A stretch of DNA of 64,000 nt from Eremomyces bilateralis CBS 781.70. Lineage: Eukaryota. The notes under the pieces are model-generated. The model made no database searches. It saw only the letters and a program-made list of their open reading frames with translations, and was not told the origin of the DNA. Below are positions 35,318-48,584 of this stretch, piece after piece. The DNA lies in assembly GCA_010015585.1 (NCBI GenBank), contig ML975166.1, one strand, 5' to 3'. Made by a program: the position numbers and the translations under genes. How positions within the stretch are numbered: the first letter of the stretch is position 1; each line of letters opens with the position of its first letter.

Positions 35318-37239
35318 TTAGTCATGGGAGAAAACGAAAATTATGAAACACAGGTAGTAAAGCATGAACGTCACCGGTGACCATAAGGCTCGATAGGGAC
35401 TGCGTCGCGGTACCTCGCGGGCCTCTTGGCTAGGATATGCGATGTGCGTGGTTGGATCTCGGGCAAGGAAGTGTTTTAATGGAGGTTGCGGTTTGGCCGA
35501 CAGCGCGTGCACAATTGGGACAAAGGCGTCTCGTACACAGTGGACCCAGATGAGGGCAAAAGGGGGCGCTCCGGTGCTGAGAGCGAGCTTGGAAAGGCTG
35601 CCTGACGTCCCATGGTATGCTAGGTAAAGCGATAGGGAGACGATCGTGATGTATTGGATGTGAATTCCACCCCAGCAATCCCATAGAAAGGCTTTGATCT
35701 TGGAAAACGCGTTCATTTGACCTGGGTCGGGCGTTTCGCGGACCTGTGCCCCCGTGGCCTGAAATCGGGGAAGTGACCGAGGCCCAAATAGTTTGCCCCT
35801 GAGTAGACGCATGACTCCGGCGGCCTCGTACGGCAGTACCCATAGCCTCTTGTCCTCCATAATCGGGACCGCCTCGTCGGATGCTGTGTACTGAAAGTAA
35901 CCTTCCACGAACTGACTGAGATAAAACACAAAGCCCAGGGCCAGCGCCACGGTGCTCGGCGGCATGACGGGCAGACCGGACGCCAGGAGTACGGGGATGA
36001 GCCCCACAGATATCATGAGCGGGATGCGGAAAACGGCCTGATGCAGAATCAGAAACCCCGCTTGGATTTTCTTCGTGGCGGGCATCGAGGTCGCCGCGGG
36101 GTGGCGGAACACCGCCGCCGCGCACAGGATCTGCATCATCCACTTCTTGCTCTGCTTCGCGATATCCGCTAGCGTGACGACCTGCTCCCCGAACTGCATG
36201 TCTTCGGCCAATTGGGCGGTTTTCCACCCTTTCGCCGCGAGCAAAAAGGCGGGAACCAGCGCGTCGTCCTGCAGCGGTTCGACGTTGAGCCCGCCCATCT
36301 CATCAAACGCCTGACGCCTAGCGACAAAGCCGGAGCCGTTGCAAATCCCGCAGCCTAGGTTGTCCAGCATAACTCCCCACACCTTTTGCTCCAGTGTATA
36401 TCGCGCGGCAATGATCGACGAATGCGGGATATTATAGAACCGTTGCGGCGCGCTTGCCATCGCGAGTCGCGGGTCTTCCAACAGGACGGCCAGCGCGCTC
36501 CGTAGCCAGGCGGCCTCGGGGATCATGTCGATGTCGAGGGACGCGATGTAAGGGGCCGGCCCTTCAGGGGATCTGGACACGAAATTCAAGCCAAAGTTGA
36601 GGTTGGCGGCCTTGGAATGGATCTCCACAACCTTCCCACGAGCTACATAGCGTATCATGGGCAGAGCGCTCATGGAAGCCAGACCTTCGACCGCTTGCTT
36701 CAAGCTGAGCGAGTTTCCATCGTCGAGCACTATTATGCGGAATTTGTCCTTCGGGTAGTCCAGGCCGCCGGCAGCCCTGAGCGTGTTCAGGATAATATCT
36801 TCCGCTTCGTTGCAGCACGGCAAGAAGATGTCCACCCGTGGAAGGTCATCTCCAAGAAGTCTCAGAGGCGGTCGCGGTCGGGACTTGGAGCGTGCGAGAA
36901 AGTAGATGATGTCCGCGAGCAACTGCGACGCTTTCACAGGGTAAGCTCCATGGCCTCTCCGCACCAGGGGGTGCAGTACTAACCTACGAAGCTCATCTCG
37001 ATGAAAAGAAAGATTCCGTAGAGCACCGTCTGGAACGAAACATCGTATGACGCCGACACGATTATGCTCTGGATCCGGACAGCAAAATAGAGCAGAAACA
37101 GACACAGCCTTGGTGAGGCCAGTGAGGAAAGCTTTTCAAACGCATCCCAACGCCGTATATCTCCCGGAGAGAGCATATCATCGCTTGGCGGCTCCAGGAA
37201 GGGGTGAAGAGGCGGTATTGAATCCGTTTTAGACGCCAT
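35318..37239 (-). CDS. Processive glycosyltransferase family 2, cellulose-synthase-like (CelA-type), 2 exons
   Basis: ATG 37239; intron 36931-36983. Two N-terminal TM segments, VDIFLPCCNE, VLDDG, HSKAANLN, LDIDMIP, PQRFYN, GSGFVARR, QDD, QSKKW, several C-terminal TM segments. Confidence 0.88.
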
Positions 37240-39414
37240 CGTGAAAATATGAAAACCAACGGACACTTAAGGTAAAGGTAAAATCGAAGAAGAAAGGACC
37301 AGAACGAGTGACGGGTGCGGTCGAAGAGGAAAACACGAAAAACATTCGCTGCGATGATCACAGAAACTCCTCACGTATTAATGGAAGCAGAAACGGGAAT
37401 TGGTCTACAAATAAAGCCGAACAAGGGAAGGAAGGGCAGGGCCGGTCCGTAGGCCACTTGGATCAATCAAAGCCATAACGTCCTACCGCGCTTGTGTAGC
37501 TGTACTAAAGACATGAAAAGATATTGTCTTTGATCTAAATGTCATAAGCAATATGATGAACGAGCCGAGTCCGTGAGTGCGAGAGGTAGTCTACGGTAGA
37601 AGATTAATCGGCAAGATTTGGGGAGGTTATAACAGACCCTCTCTGATCACAATATTGCAAGGCCAGAGTTGGAAGGCCGCTAGGATTGCAAGCGCAAGCA
37701 TCATCCTAAAAGATTCATTCGGGAACGCTTCGGGAAAGTCGACCGACCTGTTTCAGACAAGAGCAAGCTGGAGATTACCTGGATAATCTGATAGATGTAG
37801 AATGCTGGAGTTCCTCGTTGCATTACCAACATCCATAGCGCCGGGTCATAAAATGCAACGAGATTTATCCCGTCTGGCCCAATGGAATGGCGTCGCATGG
37901 CACAAATTGTCGAATAAGCGATGAATAACGCCCTTCCCCTGTCGTCTCCAGGCCAAACGCTAGTCGTGCGGGCAATATCTCGGCTCTTCATCGATGGCGC
38001 TGATGTTAATTGCCACGATCTTTTCCCGAGCTAACGTGGCACAGTTAGCGACCACGGCATATGTGGTGGAGAAACGTTATATGAACGGAGGATATATGAA
38101 CGGAAGATATCAAAGGGAAGGAAATTTTGTTGGGACGGTCAACAATATCGCCTGCAAGACGGCCACCTCGTCACACTTTCGACAAGGTTGCAGAGCAAGA
38201 TCATCCAAAGTGATAAAACCCAGGAATGTGGCATCTGAGATCGGAATACCGAAGACTGTGGACGGAAAATTGAGGAGCTTAGAAGAAGTCAACCCGGTGA
38301 AACTAGGGCTCAGGGGGGTGATACTGTGCAACGGTGCAACGATAGATGAAGATTGAAATGCACGTCATCAAGTTAACTCAGAAAACTCGGGCCATGGCTC
38401 TCAAGGATAGGGTTCTAGAAGATTGCTTGAATCTGATCCTCATGGCATGGCGGTCAAATGAACTATGAGGTGGAGGTCAAGACCCAGGTTTGCCGTGGCA
38501 TTGGAGGTTAGAGATTTAGAGTGACCACGCGAAGTATGCAACCTGTGACAGGAGGGCCGAAAATTTTCGACCTCGGGAGGGTTGGTTTCGCGCACATCGT
38601 TTGATCGGTCTTACTCTTCACTCAAAACATGCCGCGGCATAACGGAATGCGCGACCAGAAAAACAGAGTCGCTTGCGATATTGAGGTCTGTGCCAATAAA
38701 TCTGGAGAGATCAGAGATGTAGGATGGAATAGGAGGCTAATCTATGCCTTGTGGCCTTATTTACGTGTCCCTCCGTCCTCATGTGCACTGCCATTACGAC
38801 CACCGGCGACAACGTAAGCCGCAAGACGATCGTCGGTTCATCATGTTCCTATTTCCACTGCCAACAATGGCTTGTGAGACATGACACAACCCGCTAGATT
38901 TAGAGCACTGGCATACTTGATGGAGCCGTCGGACCACGGAGGATACGATCCATTGCAATGAATCCCCGACAACCCAGGGCCTTGGAAATGTATTCTGAGC
39001 TGAAACGGAACAGCTAAATGTGCCACGAGTAGAAGCCTTTTAGGACATAGTCTTGCGGCGCTGTGGCATAATTCTGCTATATCTACTGTACTTGTAGATA
39101 ATGCCCCTAAATCTCCGACATCGACAATAGGTATTCATCTCTCGCGTCCCCGTACTCCGGTTCACATACCTAAGTAGCGACCGTCTTTCAGTCAAAGGTG
39201 TCGTCACAGTTTCGTAGCCACGAGGGATCCCAGACCAAATCCTTCCGCGGCAAAGTTTCAGTCAAAGCGGATGTGGGATAGACTTGTGTCAACACAGCAC
39301 CGACTTCTCAGTGGAGGGATAATAGGCGACCGGGAGTCGCATTTTAGATCCGACGCTTCAGGAGAGCGTAAAGAGAAGAACCACCAATGCGAGCGTCCAG
39401 GGATATGGAAGCTA

Positions 39415-40277
39415 TCAATGATAGAAGCATTTGCCCCATGCTGCAGTTGTCAGTGCGAGTGCCCATTGCCATTGAGGCGGAATCACTTACCTGGAAGGCC
39501 ACATCCAAACCCGACGAATAGGTAGATCAAAAAGATGACTACCACAGTCAACAACGCCATCAAGCGAACGTTCTTCCACCACATCCTCCTGCTCAGGCCC
39601 GTACTCCGCACCCGGAAGTCGCGCGCACTTCCGCCTAGTCGATCAGTCTTATCGACCAGCAGGTCCATCCTTTCCCCTCGTTCTAGCACCCGTTCAATAT
39701 TCTCCGTCATGATCTCTCTCACGCCTTCGATCTCGCGTTGAGCGGTTCGGATGGCATCGTTCTGGCCGTCCTCCGAGCCCATCCGACTCATCAGGCCTTT
39801 CAGCTCGGAGTTGAACGCAGCGCAGCCATATGCGGGAAGCGTCGAGAAGTCGGTGGAGGCGGCAGGGTACTGTTGGAGAAACCGTTGCTGGAGGGCGACG
39901 AGGAAGCCGAAGGGGATGCGACGGCCAAAATCGGCGGGGGCGATGGTGAGGTAGGTCAACTGCCCGGCAGACCGGCTTCCGGACAAGTGTTCCGAGGGAG
40001 CGGAAGCGATGTAGTGGATTTGGTGGGGTCCATGGGTATACGTAAGCTTCTGCGGGGAAGAATGGGAGATCTTGGGAAGGAGGAGACTGGCGATATCGGA
40101 TGTTGTGGAGGGGGCGGACGGCGAAGTGTGCTCGGTGAGGATGGTGGAATCATAGGCGATGCATGAGCTGGAGAGCGATTAGAACGGGTCTAGGAAAACC
40201 TAGGCAGCCTGCAGGAGGGATCGGTTTAATCGGACTTACTAAAGGAGAGGGGGTGGTGGTGTGGAGGAGGAGGCCAT
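39415..40277 (-). CDS. NYV1: Longin R-SNARE, VAMP7/Nyv1-like vacuolar synaptobrevin, 3 exons
   Basis: Introns 40168-40239 and 39441-39490. Longin domain (LLYSCIA..RRIPFGFL), R-SNARE motif MTENIERVLERGERMDLLVDKT, MWWKN, TM segment, GFGCGLPAW. Confidence 0.88.
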
Positions 40278-40379
40278 GTTGAAAGGGGGTGATCAGGTCA
40301 ACTTTGCTGGTGATGCGACTGAAAGGGAAAAGGAAAGGCCATATGCTACGGTGTTTGGCAATACACAGTCTCCAACGGT

Positions 40380-40450
40380 AAACCGAAGTCGCAAAGAGAA
40401 ATCGTAAAGCGAAGTCGTAAAGCGAATCGTGAAGCGAAGTCCTAAATCGA
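40380..40450. repeat. Degenerate 13-bp minisatellite x~5 (consensus aaagcgaagtcgt)
   Basis: aaaccgaagtcgc / aaagagaaatcgt / aaagcgaagtcgt / aaagcgaa-tcgt / gaagcgaagtcct. Confidence 0.75.
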
Positions 40451-41251
40451 TGAAGTAGAGTCTGAAGGTAGGTAGATGTTGACAGTTGCAGTTCATTTGA
40501 CATGACGTCGGACGAGGGCTGGGCAACGATAGATATTGACGCCTTCTCGCCTAAGGCACCAAGTTTTGGTTTGGTCAGTGCATGTGATTGGACCAAAGTG
40601 CGTTTATTGTTGGTTGTTGTTGGTTGTCACGTGATAATGCATTAGATATCCATGTTGGATTGACACAATAGCTATTCCGTATCCCTATTCCGTATGGAAT
40701 TAACCCATCTTATTTTAATCAGTCCTGGATTTTGCTGCCTTCACGCATGCCAGTAGCTATAATGCAGGTGTCTGCTAATACCAGACAATAGAATTCACAC
40801 AGGGCTGACCCAACGGGGTCTCCGCCTCTGATTGGGCGAAATGGTCACCTCCTGCAAGGAACATCGTCAACCCTCTATGTACCTTGATACATAATTGAAG
40901 AATCCGATACCTACCAAGTCCATGGACTTGTAAGCCGCAATCCACTACCATCAGCTCGGTGATGTCCCTCATCTATCTTGGTTGTCGTGGTCGCCAGACA
41001 ATTGGTAGTACACAATAAGTCTGCGTGCTTCAAAATCTAGTTGAATCTCTGGCGAAGCTTTGGTTTTACGGATACCTTGTGTCGATCTCGCTGTTGAGCG
41101 TCATCTCCACTCTTCGGGAATTCGCAACGGCTTGCACGAGCCTAGTATTCATCCCTCTCTTACGACCAGAAGGTAAACAGTTGAAACATTTTCCATTCAG
41201 GTTCCTGGCAATCTCCCGGCGGCGACATCCTTCCAACCCTTCCCGCCCTCG

Positions 41252-44200
41252 ATGCTCTCTTCGATCCTGGGCTCCAGGCAGCGACGGCCAAGCTCAGGTC
41301 ATTCAACCTCGATATCTCCACATGCACGAACGCGTCTCGAACGTGATGGTCCGTACAGGGATGCACCCGAGGACAGACAGGAATATTTCCCAATCGGCGA
41401 GGAAGATGGGAACGGAGGCGGCGATGACTACGAGGAGGACGATGAGGAAATTCAGAATGAGGATGAAGAGAACCGACCCCTCCTTCCCATCTTCGACGCG
41501 ACTCAATTAGGTGAGTGACCTCTATCGATGTATCCCGCAATCTGACGCTGGAGGCAATCAATGCACTTGAGACTATCCAGATGCTAACCCCGAAGTAGAT
41601 CGAATCCCGATATATAGTACAACCCATGCCGTCCGACTGCTTATTGTCCATCGCGTCGAAACCACCCTTAGTTGGGACCAGCTTCGCTCCCCGCAAGTCT
41701 CTCAATTCTTGGTCAAGCCCATCCAGAAACAGATCCTCGACTCTCACTTCTCACGCGCCACGCTATATATTCTCATGGCCAATTGCCTCCAATTCAAGAA
41801 GGAAATGCAACAGAATCCAGGTCTGATCGGTGTGAATCGGACCAGAGCCATGATCTGTGAGCTGCTTGCAATGAGGCTGCTCAAGGAATATTCCGTCCGA
41901 GAATTGATCGATGCGCTCTCCTACGACTTTGACCCGCTGCAGGATGGAAGCACGCCTCAACCAACCGGAGTCTCCACGCCGCACGGGAATCGCCCCGCGC
42001 ATGCGCGTCCCGCGAGGATATCGACCATTGAAGTTGCCATCCGCGCTCAGGCAAAGCGGCTGCTGGCACATCCGCTCGTGGTCCAGCAGCTCGAAGCCAT
42101 CTGGGCCGGCACCATCGTATTTCACTCGGCTGCTGACAGTCTGCATAGGGCTCCAGCAGAACGCGAACAGGAGCGTCGTGAACGGACTTCGAGTCATATA
42201 ACCCCTCAATTCTCTTTTGGAACCTTCCGTGGCGAGTTACGGCTCACCAAACCTCCCCATGATGATCCGATTTCGATGGCGAAACGAGCCGTGACCATTT
42301 ATAGCTTCCGCAATGCTTCCTTATTCAAGCTATCCCGTCTCCGTGTCGGCCGTTACCGCCAGTTCTTCACCACCTGTTCGTTCGGTGCCATGCTCGGCTT
42401 GCTTGTGGCCATCCTTGTGCGCCGCTCCCAGTACATCACCGCGATGGAGATTGTTTTCTGGTTCTTCAGTGCCGGTTTCATGCTTGCCGAAGTGGCCGAG
42501 TTCACGGAGCAAGGCTCCGGCTTGTTCTTCATGAGTTTCTGGAACGTGTTCGACATTATCTCCGCCCTCCTGTTCGTCGTCTACTATGCGTTACGGCTTT
42601 ACGGAATCTTCCTTCCCACCGATCAGCGTCGCCATAATGCGTATATGGCACACGACATCCTTGCTTCAACCGCAGTGCTGCTCTTTCCCCGCCTCTTTTC
42701 CGTGTTGGATCATTATTACTATTTCTCCCAACTTCTAATCGCGCTGCGCGCAATGGCTTGGGATTTGGTAGCGGTTATGATCTTGATCATTATTAGCTGT
42801 AGTGGCTTCTTCGTCGCTTTCACCTTTTCTTTTTCTGAAGTCGATTTCCACGCTCGCGACGCCATTTATGCCCTCTTCCAAATCCTCATGGGTTTTACTC
42901 CTGCTGCATGGAACCTTTGGCCAAACCTGAACCTACTCGGAAAGGCGATCATGGCCCTCTTTTTGGTCATCTGTCATTTCCTCGTCGTCACAGTTCTCAT
43001 CACTGTCCTAACGAACTCCTTCATGGCCGTTGTTCAGAACGCCCAAGAAGAACATCAGTTCCTTTTTGCTATCAACACGATGTCCATGGTTAAGTCGGAT
43101 GCCCTCTTCTCGTATATCCCGCCAATGAACTTGGTGGGTTGGCTTCTGGCCCCGATGCGGTATCTCATGCCATTCCGCCGCTTCGTGAAGATCAATCGTA
43201 CTGCCATAAAAATCACCCATTTTCCTATCCTCTTCTCCGTTTTCATGTATGAGCGCCTGTTTTTGGCTCGCCTTGCTGTTGAATCAATGGATCTCGTCGA
43301 ACAGCAGGGTCGTGCGACGACCCGCCTTCCTGCATTCAGTATACGTGGTCCAACCGATATTTTGAGCCCAGGACATCGGGTTCGGGAGCCATCCGTGACC
43401 ACGTTTCGGAAAGATCAAGCCCTCGCGGCCGTGTTTCATCATCCGTACGCGGGGACAAGTAGGAGCAGAGTCCATCACGAGGAAGAAAGGTCAGCCGCAT
43501 TGCAAGTAAAGTCCCAGACGGTCGTCCAAGACTGGATGCAAACTGTCGGGCAAACCGGTGCCTCGCCCCCCCAAGAAGAAGCTCGGTCCCTGTTGGAGAG
43601 GCTGGAGACCAGACGCCCACCCTTTAGAAGGACGAAGACTGCCTATGGTCGCCTCCGGACCTCCGCGAAGGGTTCTGGGGCCGCGCAATCGTTCGCATCG
43701 GATCCGGAGGATGCGTTGTCCAGAATGTCGGCAGTTCATCCAATCGAAGAGGAAGAGGAACCTGAATTAGACACGACAATTGAAGAAATTGCGCAACATA
43801 CGGACCATGATGGCGAAGGAGATGACGAGAGGGGAAGCAATGATGATGACGATGCGGACGAAGGCACGGAAGGTCTCACACCTGAACCTTCTAAGACTCG
43901 AATCCCTGGCATCGGATGGATCCAACGGGCGTCTCCCGACAATCTCAAAAGTTCTACTGCACGGACACGGGCTCCGTTAGAGTCTGAAAAAGCCTTGCAG
44001 ATACCGGGAATGCGTGCGCTTGACGCAACTGAGGACCAGGAACCTTCGCTTGGTCAGGACCAGCGTCCGCGGCGTCACCACAACCGCAATCTTTCTACCA
44101 ACACCATCCTATACAATCCAACGCACCCCCGCGAGACAAAAACTGCCCCGATCTCTCGATCGACATCCCCATACAAGAGGCAACTCGGCTCGGCCACGCC

Positions 44201-44918
44201 AGGAGCAGCCGCGAAACCCAGACCCCGAACGCCGCGGAGGCCGCCAGGAGGATCATCATCCAATGTACCAGCTATATCTGGTGGAGCGAGCCGACCACGA
44301 CCCGTCATGCCTCCTAGCGGACTTCGTCAAAGTTCCTCGAACATTGCCGGCTTTCTCGCGTTGGAACGACGACGGCCGAGCTTCAGCGCAATGGCGTTAG
44401 ATTTGGCCTCGGACCTAGGCGACAACCGCTATGGCCCCGACGCCAATGTCATGGCTGCCATGCCCGCCTCCTTTTCGACAAACATGGAGGCGCTAGCGGC
44501 AGCGCAGCGTCGGCCCAGGGCGAATCCACCGGCGTGGGACTTCCGGGCCGGCGATGGAGTTGGCCCCAGCGGTGCAAGCAACATTCGGGCACGAGAATGG
44601 GACCGGGAACGAGAAAAGGATCGAAAAGAGCGTCGGCGAGATGAAGGGAGAATGAGCCGGATCATGTTGGCCCGGATGACCACTCTTGAAGAGGGGTTCC
44701 GCGAAGTTCTGAGAGAGGTCAAAGGTTGGAGGAGAGAGGGGGAAGCAAGGTCGGGAGCGACTAGTCTGGGGAGTGCGGAGGATGTTGGACGCCGGGATTT
44801 TGCCCAGGAGAGCACCGCCCGAAGTGGTCTCGTTGATCGGGCTGAAAGTGAGACGTTTGCAGAGCGAGAAGACTGGGAGTCGGGGGCGAATGTTCACGTC
44901 GATCGATCCAGCGTGTGA
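41252..44918 (+). CDS. Yvc1/TRPY-like cation channel (long form, ~1190 aa), 2 exons
   Basis: Intron 41511-41598. Motifs ETTLSWDQLRSPQVSQFLVKP, RAMICELLA, HPLVVQQLEAIWAG, SRLRVGRY, SFWNVFD, LFPRLFS, GFTPAAW pore, LITVLTNSF, VKSDALFSYIPPMN. Confidence 0.9.
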
Positions 44919-45333
44919 TAGTGATTTTAGAATTCCTGTTTGGCAATTGGTGCACTCGGGTCTGGCACCTAGATTATAGACTATTTGGCGGACATCTCTA
45001 AGTTTTAGCAAGGGGTTTGGGGGAATATAGTCTCCGGCATTTCACATATCGTTCAATGTGCAATTATCTCTATCGATCATATCGTGAGCTCCGTGAACAT
45101 CTGGCGACGCCCAGTCTCGCCAGTCTGCTGGCCTGGTGGTGACGGATTGACACCTGAGGCTGCCAGGCACCATTGCCACTACACCCGTCATATTTTTGCA
45201 GCTGAGTCCTTCGTCGACTTTGTTATCCAAAGTCAGTATCGGGAAAACGTAGTTTACATTACAGACGGTCTGTGGTTAGACATCAATAGTTCAGCCATCC
45301 TGGGTTTTAAAGAAGCCGGAACACGGTTAAAGG

Positions 45334-46519
45334 ATGCCGCTGGATGCACTGAATGGGGCGAAGCTGCCTGCTTCTGCCGATTTTCACGGTACGGTCCCTT
45401 TGCCCGCGAATGGTCTGTAAAATCACTTATCAATATTCCATCCAGTTCACCTGAGAGATGGCAAAATGATGGAGCTAGTAGTGCCCACCATTCGGAAGGG
45501 AGGAGTGAACACGGTCTTCGTGATGGTATGGACTACAAGCTCTCCACCTCTCCCTCCAACGCTAAGTTCCATAGCCCAATCTCGTCCCACCGGTCACTAC
45601 GGTTAAGCATGCGCTCGAATACAAGGCGAAACTCGAATCCCTGGAGCCTAACGTTACCTTCCTTATGTCCTTGTATCTGCATCCATCTATTACTCCGGAG
45701 ACCGTGGCAGAAGCCGCTAAAGCCGGCATCGCTGGCATCAAATCCTATCCGGCAGGTGTCACCACCAACTCTTCTTCCGGCGTTCTCTCCTATGAATCAT
45801 TCTACCCTGTTTTCGCCGAGATGGAGAGTCAGAATGTGGTGCTCAACCTTCACGGCGAGTGCCCATCGGACCATGACGCTGGCATCACGGTGCTCACCGC
45901 CGAAGAGCGCTTCCTGCCCACCCTGTTAGACTTGCATCGTCGATTTCCGAAACTTCGGATCGTCCTCGAGCATTGCACCACGGCCGCAGCAATCGATGCC
46001 GTCAAAAGCTGCGGGCCGAACGTCGTGGGTACCATCACCGCCCACCATTTGAGGATCGTGGTGGACGACTGGGCCGGGGATCCGTTCTGCTTCTGTAAGC
46101 CCGTGGCCAAGACCCCGGCTGATAGAGACGCGTTACTGCGAGCGGTGGTGAGCAGCGACCCCAAGTTCTTCTTCGGAAGCGACTCCGCACCACATCCTGC
46201 GACCGCAAAGCGTGGCGGTGACAAGGTCGCTGCGGGGGTGTTCACCCAGCCCTACGCCACGCAATTGGTGTTGGACGCTCTGGAGGCGGCGGTCGGCAGA
46301 GGATTATTACGAGCAGATGAGGTGTCCAACGAACGATTGCAGGGCTTCCTTGGTGACAATGGGAGACGTTTCTATGGCCTCGACGCGGAGCGGAATGAGT
46401 TCATCGTGTTGAAGAAGGCTGGAGAGATCGTCCAATCCTCACTGCAAACACCGGATGGCGAACTAGAAGTTACTCCGTTCCGCAAAGGAGAAAAGACCTG
46501 GAGCTTAGCCTTCGTATGA
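45334..46519 (+). CDS. URA4: Dihydroorotase (homodimeric type), 3 exons
   Basis: ATG 45334; introns 45389-45445 and ~45526-45574 give LPASADFHVHLRDG and VMPNLVPP. Further motifs GIKSYPAGVTTNS, LNLHGE, LEHCTT, TITAHHL, FCKPVAK, GSDSAPH. Confidence 0.95.
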
Positions 46520-47156
46520 AGCATAGTTGATGCGCCGGATTTCCTCTGCTCCGCGTCTTCTCGGATTACTTAGTGACGAGGATGCGCACTGATGACAGCA
46601 AATCCTGCTGCTTGTGCAGACCGCGATTGTATCGCAGCATCGAACATGAAGCAGACTTTCCCGACAGGAGTGGATATGGCCAAAGGTGTATATGTACGCG
46701 ACAGGCATTATATTAGCCAGTGCCGGCAGAATCCCACCACCGTCATGCAGTCACAAGCCTTGATGCGAGAAAGGATGCGACGGAAGAGTGAGATGTAATT
46801 TCCGCCATCTCAAAAACTCACAAACGCCATCGCTATGCTGGGAAATCGGATGTTTGCCAGCTGCATCTCCATAGCCCTGAAAATATGACCGACTAAGAAC
46901 CAGACCGAAGCCCCTTTAATCTAGACTCGGTTCCCGACTGAAAAGTCCGACTTTCAAGTCGTACTACCGGTGGTCATCCCCACATGACATAGATGACATA
47001 GCGTCATACCGCGTCCCCAGCGATGCACTGAACGAAACCAAATCCCCAAATCCCACTAGACGGTATACGCGTCACAAAAAGAGGTATCGCTTTCGTGCAT
47101 GCCGCGTCCTGACATGCCGATATAATAGAGGAACCACCGGGAGCCACAGCAATGGT

Positions 47157-48584
47157 TCATACCATAGGCATGGGGTACCTCCCCATGGGGAGGCCCTCCA
47201 TTGGTTGCCCGTGCATTCGCACACGATACATGCACGTCCATTTCTGGCCCCAGTTACTCGTTGCGCGTATCACGACTTTGCTCGTTTCGATTTTAAGCCG
47301 TCGGATCTCCTCCGCGAGCGGCAACTGGAAATGCTGGACGTACTGCTCCGCCATCACATTGTACCTGGCACGGCCCACGCAAACGAATTCCGAATCCTTC
47401 GCGTCGTTTCCCTCTGGGGCGACGCTCGAACATTTGTGATCGATAGGAGCGGAGGCGACGAGAGCAGCGTGTGCACGTGTCAACTCGGACCACTTGTGCT
47501 GGTCAGGGACGCGGATCCAGAACTCGAGATCTTTGGGCGCGGAGGTGGGGTCCAAGGAACCAGAGCGAGGCACATGCTCGATGGTCACGGAGGAAGCGTA
47601 GAAGGGAACGATAGGGGAAATTGCCAGTTGTGCCATTGGTTCGGGATGCATGTCCAGGCTGGAACACCAGCAGTCGCCCTGCTCGAACCAGTAGAACAGA
47701 GCCGAGGCGGGAGCATTGGCTCGTATGTGGGGAGGACCGAAGAGGAGGGTGCGGAAGGAGGGCCTGATCGGCGGGCCCGGCCGCGCTTGTGTTTGCGACG
47801 AGAGTTCATCGTCGACGCGGGCCCCTAGATTCAAGGAAAGAAAATCCACTTTTTTGCTAGCAACGTCGAGATGCCCGTTATGTTGCTCGATGTTGTCGAC
47901 CCGAGCTTGGAGTTCATCGAGGCGCCTCCGCGTAGGATCGGGGAGGCCGTTTTGGCGATTGCGGTCTTGCGATGGCGAGCCGCCGAGTTTGAAGGGTACC
48001 CATAAGGAGAAGGAGAAGAGGCCAGAGGGTAGAGAAGGGGACGGAAGAGAGGAGGCTATCGAGGACGGGGGAGGGAGGGAGTGTACGAAAACGAGGAACA
48101 CGAGCATGCTGATTATAACGGGCACTACAGCGTAGAGTCTGGATATCCAGCGTTGACGACTAGCACGACGCTCGATGGCGTCGACAGCCGCCCAAAGGTT
48201 TCGTCCCAGCGGCTGCTCGACGGTCTGAAAGGACCGCCACAAGAAACTGCTCGACGGTTCCTCAACGGCCGGGTCGAGTGGGGTCTCCATTCGTGGGGTC
48301 TCCATTCGTGGGGTTTCATCCTGACTAGGACGCGCTTGAGCCCTATCGCGCAAGCTGTTCATTCCCTGTTCGAAATCGATGTGAGCATTGGAGTGTATAA
48401 GAACCCCTCGACCAGCCGACCCATAAGATCCCTGCTCGTGTCGGAAGGCTGGAGGGACACTCATGCCACCAACCTGGGAGCCGAGGAGCCCGTCTCGGAG
48501 CTCGTCTTGGAGCTGATCCTCCGGAGTCCTCTCCCGTCTGATAGATGCGCGAGCGGCGCTGCGGGTAACTGGGCGCGCGGACAT
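47157..48584 (-). CDS. SUN-domain nuclear envelope / spindle pole body protein (Sad1/Mps3-like)
   Basis: Disordered N-terminus, one TM segment, short coiled coil (RRRLDELQARVDNIE), C-terminal SUN motifs DFLSLNLGA, QGDCWCS, VTIEHVP, SAPKDLEFW, SNWG..TCMYRVRMHG. Contains a 15-bp coding repeat (ETPRM). Confidence 0.88.
   Translation of the reverse strand: MSARPVTRSAARASIRRERTPEDQLQDELRDGLLGSQVGGMSVPPAFRHEQGSYGSAGRGVLIHSNAHIDFEQGMNSLRDRAQARPSQDETPRMETPRMETPLDPAVEEPSSSFLWRSFQTVEQPLGRNLWAAVDAIERRASRQRWISRLYAVVPVIISMLVFLVFVHSLPPPSSIASSLPSPSLPSGLFSFSLWVPFKLGGSPSQDRNRQNGLPDPTRRRLDELQARVDNIEQHNGHLDVASKKVDFLSLNLGARVDDELSSQTQARPGPPIRPSFRTLLFGPPHIRANAPASALFYWFEQGDCWCSSLDMHPEPMAQLAISPIVPFYASSVTIEHVPRSGSLDPTSAPKDLEFWIRVPDQHKWSELTRAHAALVASAPIDHKCSSVAPEGNDAKDSEFVCVGRARYNVMAEQYVQHFQLPLAEEIRRLKIETSKVVIRATSNWGQKWTCMYRVRMHGQPMEGLPMGRYPMPMV

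Noticed and set aside
37548..37658. Possible box C/D snoRNA (ATGATGA 37553, CTGA 37643, gcaat/attgc flanks)
   Set aside because: Spacing of the terminal stem from the D box is non-canonical and I recognise no rRNA-complementary guide. It would need a snoscan or Rfam hit.
37577..38356. Several 70-120 aa ORFs upstream of the GT2 gene, with a 15-bp duplication at 38078-38107
   Set aside because: No coherent gene model or transposase/RT motifs on either strand.
45084..45929. 281-aa ORF overlapping the URA4 5' region
   Set aside because: Non-ATG start; it reads through URA4 introns and mostly out of frame. The spliced model from 45334 gives the canonical DFHVHLRDG motif.
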